DNA of 64,000 nucleotides. Origin: an uncultured Planctomycetota bacterium. GTDB taxonomy: Bacteria > Planctomycetota > Planctomycetia > Gemmatales > Gemmataceae. Position 1 is the first letter of the stretch, and each line of letters opens with the position of its first letter. This document shows positions 54,389-63,140 of the stretch, piece by piece. Both the position numbers and the translations under genes were made by a program. Location of the stretch: assembly GCA_963849325.1 (NCBI GenBank), contig CAWKHF010000006.1:384001-448000 (forward strand), given 5' to 3'. The notes beneath the pieces are model-generated. The model was not told where the DNA came from. It did not search any database and was given only the letters and a program-made list of their open reading frames with translations.

Positions 54389-56245
54389 CTAATCGTTATC
54401 GGGATGATGATTGAGGGCGCGCGAGCTGAGACGCGCCAGGAAGCGTCTTTTCTGCTCGCCGGTCAGCTCCTTGGTGTAGCGTTTGCGCGTCGCGTCGAGC
54501 CAGCGGACAGGACGCTCGCCGTAGTCGGTCACGACGCGCGTCAGCACCGGGCCGGGGTGATCGAGGGCGGCGTGGAGTCCGCCGCACAAATCGCCCGGCC
54601 CGGTGATCTCCACGTATTCCAGCCCGAAGGCGTGAGCCAGGGCGGCGTAATCCAGGTGGGCCAGCATTGTCGCCGTCGTGCGGCGGTACGCCTTGAGCTG
54701 CAACGCCTGCATGTAGTGAAACGCCCGATCGTCCAGGATGAAGAACTTGACCGGCAGACCCTCGCGCGCCGCCGTGGACAGTTCCATCGCCGTCATGAGG
54801 AAACAGCCGTCGCCGGTGAGGGTCACGACCTGCCGGCCGAAATGGACGCGCTGCGCGCCGATGGCGGCGGGGACCGACCAGCCCATCGACTGATTGTCGG
54901 TTGGGTTGAAGTAAGTGCGCGGCTGGAGCACCGTGAACGCCTCGGCGGCCCAGTGCTCCGAACAGCTGACATCGACGAAGACGAGGGCGTCCGGGCAGGT
55001 GGCCTTGCGCAGCGCCAGGATGAAGGCCATCGGATCGACGCCGCAACGGTTGTAGCATTTGGCGTGCTCGGCGGCGTCCTCGCCCTTCCATTTGTGGATG
55101 CAGGCGACGAGGTCGTTATTGGGCGGACGGCGGATGTCGTCGGCATGGTCGAGAAGGCGGTCGAGGAAGACGCCGGCGTCGGCGTTGACGCACACCTCGG
55201 TCTTGAGGATGCGGCCGATGTTCTTGGGATTGATGTCCACGTGGATGATGTGCGGACTCTGCGGGATCGAGTAGAAGGCGGTCGAGACCTCGCTGTAGCG
55301 GACGCCGATGGCCAGTACCACGTCCACCTTGTTGAAGGCGTTCTCGGCCGTGTGAGTGCCCTGCGGGCCGTAGCCCCAGCCGACGGCCAACGGATGACAC
55401 TCGCTGACGACGCCCTTGCCCGAAACGCTGGTGGCGATCGGCGCTTGCAGCACCTCGGCCACATTCACCAGTGACTCCGTGTAGTCCATGCAGCCCATGC
55501 CGGCGTAGATGCCGACCTTCCAGACGCGATTGCTGAGCAATTGCAAGGCGCAGTGAAAGGCGCCCTCGTCGAAGGGCAGATCGCACGGGGCCAGCGGCAG
55601 GCAATCGTACTTGCACGTGTCGATCAGCAGCGTGTACGGCACGACGACGGCGGTCGGACCCGGTTCGCCGCACATCGCCAGACGAAAAGCCTGGCGCACC
55701 GCGTTGGGAATCTCACAGGCATGGCAAACCTCGAAGACGCCCTTGCACACCTGCTGGAGCAGACCGACCTGCGGCAGTTCGTGGACCTGGAAGGGGCGAT
55801 ACTTGTCGCCTCGGGCCACGTCGCCGACGATGGCCACGATCGGCACGCTGTCCAGCAGCGCCTCGCCAAGTCCGCTGAGCGAATTGGTGACGCCCGGTCC
55901 CGGAACAATGGCGATGACACCGGGCCGGCCGGTGCTGCGCGCAACGCCGTCGGCCATGTACGCGGCCGACATCTCATGCGTCACCAGCAGATAAGGGAGG
56001 TGCTGGCTCTTCATTTCGTCCCACAGTTCGTTCTCCTGGGCGCCGGGGATGCCGAAGACACAGGGCACGCCTTCGGTTTTCAGGGTCGCCACCAGCGCCG
56101 CCGCTCCGGTCATCTTGCCGGCGATGACTTCCGGCGGCGCCTTGTGGGCGGCGTCGGCCGGTCCCGGCCGCCCCGCCGGCAGCGAAACCAGGCATCCGGC
56201 GGCCATCGATTTCAGGACGGTTCGGCGCGAAACGGGCTGTGGCAT
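54389..56245 (-). CDS. ThDP-binding enzyme (acetolactate synthase large subunit-like) with twin-arginine signal
   Basis: FGIPG, HEMSAAYMADG, PGPGVTN, SMGWSVPAAIGA, GDGCFLM; N-terminal SRRTVLK. Confidence 0.9.
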   Translation of the reverse strand: MPQPVSRRTVLKSMAAGCLVSLPAGRPGPADAAHKAPPEVIAGKMTGAAALVATLKTEGVPCVFGIPGAQENELWDEMKSQHLPYLLVTHEMSAAYMADGVARSTGRPGVIAIVPGPGVTNSLSGLGEALLDSVPIVAIVGDVARGDKYRPFQVHELPQVGLLQQVCKGVFEVCHACEIPNAVRQAFRLAMCGEPGPTAVVVPYTLLIDTCKYDCLPLAPCDLPFDEGAFHCALQLLSNRVWKVGIYAGMGCMDYTESLVNVAEVLQAPIATSVSGKGVVSECHPLAVGWGYGPQGTHTAENAFNKVDVVLAIGVRYSEVSTAFYSIPQSPHIIHVDINPKNIGRILKTEVCVNADAGVFLDRLLDHADDIRRPPNNDLVACIHKWKGEDAAEHAKCYNRCGVDPMAFILALRKATCPDALVFVDVSCSEHWAAEAFTVLQPRTYFNPTDNQSMGWSVPAAIGAQRVHFGRQVVTLTGDGCFLMTAMELSTAAREGLPVKFFILDDRAFHYMQALQLKAYRRTTATMLAHLDYAALAHAFGLEYVEITGPGDLCGGLHAALDHPGPVLTRVVTDYGERPVRWLDATRKRYTKELTGEQKRRFLARLSSRALNHHPDND

Positions 56246-56434
56246 GGGAGCCTCCTGACAGGCGGGTCGCTTGCACGGCAGCGCGAAGCCATGAGTAGCT
56301 ACCACCTTTATCGGCTTTTCCGGTCTCGCCCTTTATGCGGAGTTTGCCGATTTGTCGATGCCAGGTATGCCTTTCGAGGGTCTGGTTAGGCGCCAGGGAG
56401 GATCGCTCCTACAATCACGGTAGGAGGTGCAGCC

Positions 56435-56659
56435 ATGACACCCGTATCGTCCGTGGTCCATAGTGACCCCGACATCCTGGGCGGCGTGCCGGTGTTCGTT
56501 GGCACCCGCGTGCCCGTCCGGGCGCTGATCGACTACCTCGGCGGCGGCCAGCCGCTCTCCGAGTTTCTAGAGGACTTCCCGTCTGTCAGCCGCGAACAGG
56601 CGGTGGCTGCCCTGCGGCTGGCTGCTGAGGCACTGATGGCCCATGCGAATTCTGCTTGA
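56435..56659 (+). CDS. DUF433 antitoxin
   Basis: DPDILGGVPVFVGTRVPV..L.DYL..G.....FLEDFPSV. Confidence 0.92.
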   Translation: MTPVSSVVHSDPDILGGVPVFVGTRVPVRALIDYLGGGQPLSEFLEDFPSVSREQAVAALRLAAEALMAHANSA

Positions 56660-56965
56660 CGAGTGTGTGCCCCAGCGGCTGGGCCGGGAGCTGACCGGCC
56701 ACGCCGTCCAGACGGTCCCGCAGCAGGGCTGGTCGGGCAAGAAGAACGGAGAGTTGCTCGGCCTCATGGCGGCGGCCGGGTTCGAGGTGCTGCTGACGGT
56801 GGACCAGGGCATCCCGCACCAGCAGAACCTGCCGCGGCCGGGGTGGCGGTGGTGGTGATGGCCGGCCCGAGCAACCAACTCGTGGATCTGGTGCCGCTAG
56901 TGCCTGGCGTAGTGGCCGCGCTGGGAACGATTCAGCCAGGCGATGTGGTCGAGATCCGCACCTAA
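56643..56965 (+). CDS. DUF5615 PIN-like toxin (frameshifted)
   Basis: MRILLDECVP, GWSGKKNGELL, LLTVD..IPHQQNL; overlaps the DUF433 gene. Confidence 0.9.
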
Positions 56966-56992
56966 CAAGTTGTTGCAGTAGACCCGCCATGC

Positions 56993-57056
56993 AGCTTTGC
57001 CACGCATTAGCGGTTTTTTAGCTCAATGCGTGGCAACTTTCCTCAATGCGTTGCAG
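56993..57056. repeat. Left end of element 1: TIR plus two 14-bp subterminal motifs
   Basis: TCAATGCGTGGCAA at 57023-36 and TCAATGCGTTGCAG at 57043-56 (20-bp period). Confidence 0.88.
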
Positions 57057-57100
57057 GAAACGCGCCAGAACTGTAGTTCCAAAAAGCGAACATTTTTTGC

Positions 57101-57129
57101 TTGACAGGTGTCAACATTCCGGCTATCGT
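57101..57129 (+). promoter_or_regulatory. Sigma70 promoter with palindromic operator; probably a leaderless transcript
   Basis: TTGACA-17 bp-TATCGT; TTGACA-GG-TGTCAA palindrome on the -35; ATG 6 nt after the -10. Confidence 0.75.
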
Positions 57130-57135
57130 TCCTGA

Positions 57136-57418
57136 ATGGGAAGGCCACGGCATCCGAATAAGCACATCGAGAAGGCCGTCCAATACGCGGAGGCTCTCGG
57201 ATGGCGCGTCGAGCTATCAAATGGTCATGCTTGGGGCCATTTGCTCTGCCCACAGAGTACCCGTGAAGGGTGCATTGTCGGGGTCTGGTCTACTCCCAAA
57301 AACGCTGAAAACCACGCTCGCCACATCCGGCGTGAAGTTGATATTTGTCCTCATGGAACACCTAGCAAAGGCAACGTTGAAGAACTACAGTGTGCAAGAA
57401 AAAAGGGGAGGGAAATGA
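57136..57418 (+). CDS. HicA-like putative toxin
   Basis: HPNKHIEKAVQYAEALGWRV...GHAWG.L.CP...VWSTP; probably ends at the ATGA overlap (57415-18), the fusion being an indel. Confidence 0.6.
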
Positions 57419-57981
57419 AAACCGGGAAGCCGTGTGAGCGGGAGCACGACTTTGTCCTGGTCCTGACTGGCATTAACGAGTTGACGCCATCAGTGGAGGA
57501 AGCTCTGTTTGAGGCCGGCTGCGATGACGCTACGCCTAGCGTCCGATTCGGTCGAGTATACCTAACCTTCTCGCGTTGTGCCGCATCTCTGAAAGATGCA
57601 ATCCTGAGCGCAATTCAGGACGTGAGGGCGGCCAAGATCGGGGCAGATGTACTCCGAGTCGATCACTGCAACCTTGTCACGCAGGCCGACATTGCCCGTA
57701 AAATCAACCGAAGTCGGCAGCTTGTTCATCAATACTACACTGGAGTCCGTGGCCCTGGCAACTTCCCGCCCCCGGTTTGTCACATATGCGATGAGTCGCC
57801 ACTTTGGTATTGGTGCGAGGTTGCCTATTGGCTTTGGGAGAACGACATGATTACAGAGGATGTGTGTCGGGAGGCTGAACATGTCGCCTTCATCAATACT
57901 GTACTAGAGCTTAAAAACCAACGAGAGATTGATCCGAAGTTAGCAGAAGAGGTACTCCAATCAATCGGTGCAGCTCAGTAA
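57415..57981 (+). CDS. Putative antitoxin (HicB-like N-terminus plus HTH)
   Basis: GGGGAGGG RBS; LFEAGCDDA, LVTQADIARKINRSRQLVHQY, FPPP, PLW.W.EVA.WL. Confidence 0.7.
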   Translation: MKTGKPCEREHDFVLVLTGINELTPSVEEALFEAGCDDATPSVRFGRVYLTFSRCAASLKDAILSAIQDVRAAKIGADVLRVDHCNLVTQADIARKINRSRQLVHQYYTGVRGPGNFPPPVCHICDESPLWYWCEVAYWLWENDMITEDVCREAEHVAFINTVLELKNQREIDPKLAEEVLQSIGAAQ

Positions 57982-57999
57982 GTTTTTGCTTCCAGTATG

Positions 58000-58034
58000 C
58001 GGCAAGTCCCAGTCTAATAAGCCGGGACTTGCCG
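58000..58034. terminator. Hairpin between the convergent antitoxin and transposase genes
   Basis: CGGCAAGTCCC...GGGACTTGCCG, an 11-bp stem. Confidence 0.65.
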
Positions 58035-58035
58035 T

Positions 58036-59321
58036 TTAACTAGGTCGCTGCATTCTTAGGATCATCCCCGCGCCGTCCTGTCGCTCCTCCGGCTCCTCAT
58101 CCTTCCAGAATACCGGCACGATGCCAAGCGTTTCTTGCTCCTGAATCAAGCAGGACAGGTTGTGGCAGAGGATTTTGCACAGCACTTCGTTGACCATCGA
58201 CATTTCGTTCTTGCTCGCCACCCTGTCGCCGAACTTCCGCTTGATGGCGCGAGAAGGTGATCTCGACGTTGCTGCGCTTGTGATAATGGGTCATGTACTC
58301 TTCCTGGTTGCACTGAAAGTAGTGGTAGGCTTTCTCGAAAGCGCCGCCAATCGCGCCCGTGCTGTTGGACTTGAAGGCAATGAACGCCTGCCCGCCGCAA
58401 GCTGCAACCTCTTCAAAGTTCTCCACGGAAAGGTAAGCCTTGTCGGCGCTCACTTCGCCGATCTCAAAATGCGTCTTCGTCTCGCGGACCAGCGGGACGA
58501 ACTGAGGGCAATCATGGGCATCCTTGTCCAGAATGCGGACGGCAGTAACGACATTCGTTTTCACGCCGGAGGCGATATGCGTCTTGACCCAGATGCCGCG
58601 CGTCCGCGTGACGCCGTACTTGTGGTCGTACCAGCGCTCGTAGACGGCAAGTGCTGAACCCGCTGCTGTCGATGGCGAAGTCTTTTTCGACCGGATCGCA
58701 ACGGACGGGCCTTTCGCCGACGAGCTGCTTGAGAACCGGCGTGTAGTACGGGTCTTCCATGAACGTTGTCGCCTTCATGCCGGGAATCAGCTTGCGGGTG
58801 AATCCTTTCTCGTAGGCTTCCTGCAAGGTCTGTGGAGAAGCGGCGGGCGCTGTAAACCGCAGTAAACCTTGTAGGCCATCGTGAAGACGGCATCACTAGA
58901 ACGCGTGCGGCTTCGTGCCCGTCGTGCTTGCCGGCCGCTGCGCGATCTGGCACGACGGCGAGCAGAGGTCGTGCAAGAGGACGCGGAGGCGGCGCTTCTC
59001 CGTGGCTTGCGCCATGTTGTACTTCGGCCAGTCCTGCTTGTAGGTCTTCCGCTCGGTGAGCGTAATCGTCTTCGTCTCAATCACGGTGCCATCCGGCAGC
59101 ACATCCCTCTTGTGGACGATGGACGCGGCGTAGAAGTGCTTGCAGGTGTTGCCGCCGTCAACGTGATCCAGGCAAGTGCAGGTCTTCGCTTCCAGGTTGA
59201 CGCGGTACGTCGCGTTACCGCTCTTGTTGGACTGGCTCGGCACAAGCCAGGTGCCGTCGTTCATGCGGTTCAGCCGACAGGTCGCCGCGATGATGAGTCC
59301 ACGCTGCTCTCTGGCGTCCAT
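58036..59321 (-). CDS. Transposase: N-terminal SWIM Zn finger plus IS4/IS5-type (DDE_Tnp_1-like) DDE domain (several frameshifts)
   Basis: WLVPSQS..YRVNL...CTCLDH.....CKH; FAIDSSGF; SADKAY; YHKRSNVE; NEVLCKILCHN. Confidence 0.88.
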
Positions 59322-59357
59322 TTTCTCAATCTCCGGGACAACGCTCTTGTCCACATT

Positions 59358-59400
59358 ATTGTATACACCGGAGACAGATTTGTAAACATATTGGTAGACA
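59358..59400 (-). promoter_or_regulatory. Transposase promoter with repeated TGTnnAC(A) boxes
   Basis: TTTACA-17 bp-TACAAT; boxes TGTCTACC, TGTTTACA and TGTATACA, with TGTGGACA just downstream. Confidence 0.7.
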
Positions 59401-59443
59401 GTTTTCCTAGTTTTTCTCGGCTTTTTTCGTAATCGCTTGCCAG

Positions 59444-59677
59444 TTACAGAAGGTCTTTCAGGTTCCGGTTGATGGCCCAAGCAAAGTCGAGAAGAGTGGA
59501 AAGACGGGGATCGTAGTCCGATTCAGGATTGAGCAGGCGAGACACTGCCTGCCGTGCCCCTCCCTTAGCAAGCCCCATGCGGAGGCCGATCTCTTCCTGC
59601 GTCATGCCGCTTTCTTCGGCTGCCTGACGCATTCTCTGTCGGACAGAGGCGACCGCGAGATGGTTCACCTTCCCCAT
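59444..59677 (-). CDS. Xre/cI-like HTH regulator, probably leaderless
   Basis: GMTQEEIGLRMG...RQAVSRLLN....DPRLSTL; upstream TTGCCC-17 bp-TAGACT, then ATG 6 nt later. Confidence 0.88.
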   Translation of the reverse strand: MGKVNHLAVASVRQRMRQAAEESGMTQEEIGLRMGLAKGGARQAVSRLLNPESDYDPRLSTLLDFAWAINRNLKDLL

Positions 59678-59808
59678 GTTGTAAGTCTACACCTTCGTAG
59701 TCATTCGGGCAACATGAACGTTGGCAACAGTAACTGCCACGAAAAGACACCCTGCTGTGGAGAATGGTCCTCGTAACTCCTTTTGCGTCACCGTCTTGCG
59801 ATGTTCTA

Positions 59809-59837
59809 TTGACATAAGCCCTTATCGAGCTTACAAT
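59809..59837 (+). promoter_or_regulatory. Strong sigma70 promoter for the cargo operon
   Basis: TTGACA-17 bp-TACAAT. Confidence 0.8.
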
Positions 59838-59888
59838 TAGGACGAGTGTAGGAGCACTAGATGCCCCCGTCCTCAGCTGAGGTCCGGT

Positions 59889-62445
59889 GTGAAATTCACA
59901 AGCGCAGTGCAGGAGCAATCATTCCGCGCGGTGCTGCGCGCGTTGGAGCGGTTGGGTTACACTCGCGACGTTTTGTTGAAAGAGGAGTATCCCTTCGACG
60001 ACTGGTTCTTGCCCGGCAACCAAGAGCGAGTCGCCCCAGCCGTGGCCTTCGGCCAGACCCCTCTCGCTTACGACAGCGCTTGCTTCGCGGTGGTGGTGTC
60101 CAACGGCCAGCAAGGCCCCGAACTGGTCAACCAGTATCGTGCCTTGGGTGCCCCCCTCGCTATCGAAGTTCGCCCTGACAAGGTAGTACACTGGCGAGTC
60201 AGCCGAGCCATGTCGGCTGGAGATGAGCAGTTCGTCATCCCCCCGGATCGGGTAGAGGATGCCTTCCAGGAGAATGCGCACAAGTGGAACCCGGAAAGTG
60301 TTTTTCGGGCAAAGAACATCGCCGCAACATCTCCCCGCCAAGCCGACTTCGTGGACCTCGGCTTAATCCCTGCACTGGAGCAACACGTTCGCGCCAAACT
60401 CGATCCCTTGCTGCGGGAGGTATTGCACGCGGGGAAGAAGGAGTATGAATACCGCAAGGGAGGACCGCCGGACCCAGACAAACTGTACCGCCTTGTATTC
60501 CGGACCCTCGCGGGGAAGATGATGTCTGAGCGGGGGGTGTTAGGCTTCCACTCGGCCAACGGTGCGCCGAACGCCCCGGATCTCTAGACAAGGTTGCCAA
60601 ATTCTACAGTGATTCCCAGCCGGTCGTTGCCGATGTGTCAACCCAACGGGTTGTCGTGGAAAGGCTGTGGCAGAGCATCAGCCTGAGAAATCTGTCCGTC
60701 GAAGTGCTGGCGTTCGTCTGGGAGAACACCCTTGTAACCAGGGATATTCGCGAGGAACGAGGCATTCACGCCACCCCGCCCAGCATCGCCCGATACCTCG
60801 TTCACCGCCTGCCTATCCAAGACATTCCACAGGCTGAGCGGCGCATTGTCGAACCTTGCTGTGGGAGCGGCACGTTCTTGGTTGCGGCCCTCCAGCGACT
60901 GCGTGAACTGCTACCGCCTTCGATTGACCCGCGGAGTCGGCACAAGTATTTCACCGACATGCTCAGCGGGTTCGACAATGAAACCTTCGGCTTGGAGGTG
61001 GCGCGTCCAGCCTAATGCTTGCCGACTTCCCGAACCCGAACGGGTGGGCGCTCGTCGAGGAAGACGTTTTTGGGACGCCCGAGCAGTCGCCGCAGTTCCA
61101 CGCCGCTTTGCAAGCAGCCCGCGTGGTTCTGTGCAACCCGCCATTCGAGCCGTTCAAGCCACGGGACCGCGCTTTGTACGAGTTACGCTCCGTCCATAAG
61201 CCGGTGGAACTATTGCAGCGAGTCCTCGACCAACTCGGAAATCAGGGGCTTCTTGGCTTCGTACTTCCCCAGCAACTACTCAATGGGGTGAGTTACCGCA
61301 GCATTCGAGAGAGACTGGCCGAGCGGTATGAAGAAATCGAGTTGGTCGGCTTGCCGGATAAGGTCTTCGAGAAGTCTGAACACGAAACAGCTCTCCTGCT
61401 GGCGAAGGTCCCGCGAACCCATCGGGGGCCGCTGTCCATTCTCCACCGCAAGGTCGAGGACAGGGGTTGGCCTCTCTTTAACGCTTACTCCCAGGTCAGC
61501 CGAGAAGACGCCGGAGCCAAGACCCCAGCGCAAGCATCCGACAACATCGGGATACCCGACCTCCAAAGCATCTGGACGCGCACTGGCCGGATCACCCACG
61601 GTCGGCGATGTTACGGGCGGGAACGTCCACCGCGGCATCGAATGGAATCTTCCACTGGACGAGAACAAGTGAGCTGTTGATCTCCAAGGCTGCACAGCCC
61701 GAATATGGCGCGGCGTGCCGCGTGCGCGAAGAGGCTTTTACTCCTACCAGTGCCCATCTCTCTCATACCTCTGCATGAAGGAGGAGTACCGAAGAAGGAA
61801 CGCTTTCAACTTGCCTTGGAATCTACCCAAGGTAATCATGAACGCGAAGCGGAAGTGCGCGGTCCCTGGCGGATTGCGGCATACGCCGACGAGGCCGGAC
61901 TGGTTTGCTACCAGACGTACACCGCCCTGTGGCCGTCTGGGGATTGGACTGCGACGGCTCTGGCCGCAGTCCTCAACGGGCCGGTTGCGAATGCGTTCGT
62001 TGCGTCCCACGAAGGCAATCGTGACATCACCGTCGAGACAGTCAAGGCAATTCCGGTTCCGCCGCTGACGAATGCCCTGAAAGGGGGGCTTACGAAGTTG
62101 GTAGCCGAGTATCGGACAGCCGCCGAGCGAATGGAGCTTGAAGTCAGGTCGGGCGAGCGCTCAGCGCGCGACATCCTTCGCGAGATTGACGCGGCCATCC
62201 TGAGAGCCTACGACCTCTCGCCTAGGCTCGAACATGAACTGCTCAACTATTTCAGCGGGTATGGCACGAAGAGGCCAGTGCCCTTCAACTTCGGCGACTA
62301 CTACCCGGCCGACTTTAGCTCGCATATCCCCTTATGGATGTTTCTCTCGCCAGAGTTCCAGAGAGGCAACCCGCAGGACATCTTGTCGAAAGCTCCTAAG
62401 ATCACCGATCCGGCATTGATCGACGCATTCCGTGAAGTGGAGTAA
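59889..62445 (+). CDS. Type IIG-like N6-adenine DNA methyltransferase with TRD (frameshifted)
   Basis: RGIHATP, VEPCCGSGTFL (motif I), LCNPPF (motif IV), GFVLP, TRD-like AVLNGPVA and EIDAAILRAYDL. Confidence 0.85.
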
Positions 62446-62451
62446 CCTGCT

Positions 62452-63010
62452 TTGCCAAACGGAAAACTGCTCGACAATAACGTGATTTCGGTTCTTGCGA
62501 GTGCCAAGGACCCAAGGAGGCCGATAGCGGAGGCACACCTAGCCGCGTCTGGTTTCGGGCCGATTGTCTTTCCGTGCATCGCTATCGGCGAAATCGAATT
62601 TGGGATGATGAAGGCGACAAACCCAGACGCGGCACAACAGGCGAGCATGAGGGCATTCCTTAAGCGCTATCCGATTCTCCCTTTCGACCATCACACCGTC
62701 GAACCGTATGCGATGATTCGCGCAAAAACTCTGGCTCATGTTCGGCACTGCGAAGGTGCGCGGTCACGCCGAAAAACTCCCAGAAGAGTTGAAAGACCGC
62801 GCAACAGGACTCTGCCTAGGTATCGATGAACGAGACTTACTCATCGCCAGCATCGCGGTAGCGTTTAACCTATTCCTGGCGACGATGGATCGCAATGACG
62901 GGATGCGGCGGATTGAGGCAGCTGCGGCGGTCCTTGAAGCAGAAGGCAAGCCTGTTTGCCTCCGGATTGAGGATTGGTCGAAACCGTTGCCCGGCGCGTC
63001 TGACTATTGA
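62452..63010 (+). CDS. PIN-domain (VapC-like) nuclease (frameshifted)
   Basis: LLDNNVIS, IGEIEFG, IDERDLLIASIA, LATMD; starts 6 bp after the methylase stop. Confidence 0.82.
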
Positions 63011-63011
63011 G

Positions 63012-63140
63012 TCAAAACGTTGCAGACCGCCTCAAAACGTTGCAGCTCGCCAATGCGTTGCAAAGCTCCGCCATGCAGCTTTGCCACGCATTGACACTTT
63101 TTCACGTCAATGCGTGGCAACTTGCCTCAATCCGTTGCAG
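63012..63140. repeat. Junction: right end of element 1, 9-bp target duplication, left end of element 2
   Basis: TCAAAACGTTGCAG twice (63012, 63032); CAATGCGTTGCAAAGCT | CCGCCATGC | AGCTTTGCCACGCATTG; TCAATGCGTGGCAA at 63107; TCAATCCGTTGCAG at 63127. Confidence 0.92.

Larger units (their letters stand above)
56385..56992 (+). mobile_element. Putative integron gene cassette (TA pair) whose attC is truncated by a transposon insertion
   Basis: Core GTTAGGC at 56385-91; inverse core ACCTAAC at 56960-66 overlapping the stop codon; L''-like GTTGCAGTAGAC follows. Confidence 0.65.
56993..63067. mobile_element. 6,075-bp cargo transposon (element 1) with SWIM-DDE transposase
   Basis: TIRs AGCTTTGCCACGCATT and (reverse complement) AGCTTTGCAACGCATT, 15/16 match; 9-bp direct repeat CCGCCATGC at 56984-92 and 63068-76; visibly lower GC than the host. 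Confidence 0.92.

Noticed and set aside
1660-56389. Many long antisense or alternate-frame ORFs (e.g. 1660-3411+, 28721-30337+, 32534-34783+, 41872-43884-)
   Set aside because: These are shadow ORFs expected at high GC opposite well-supported genes.
57136-57981. Apparent toxin-antitoxin fusion (281 aa)
   Set aside because: A strong RBS and ATGA overlap at 57415-18 next to an A-run point to two genes joined by an indel, though a real fusion cannot be fully excluded.
63012-63140. Short repeats with about 20-bp period as a possible mini-CRISPR
   Set aside because: The units are 14 bp with 4-6 bp spacers and mixed orientation, and there are no cas genes. They are explained as transposon end motifs.
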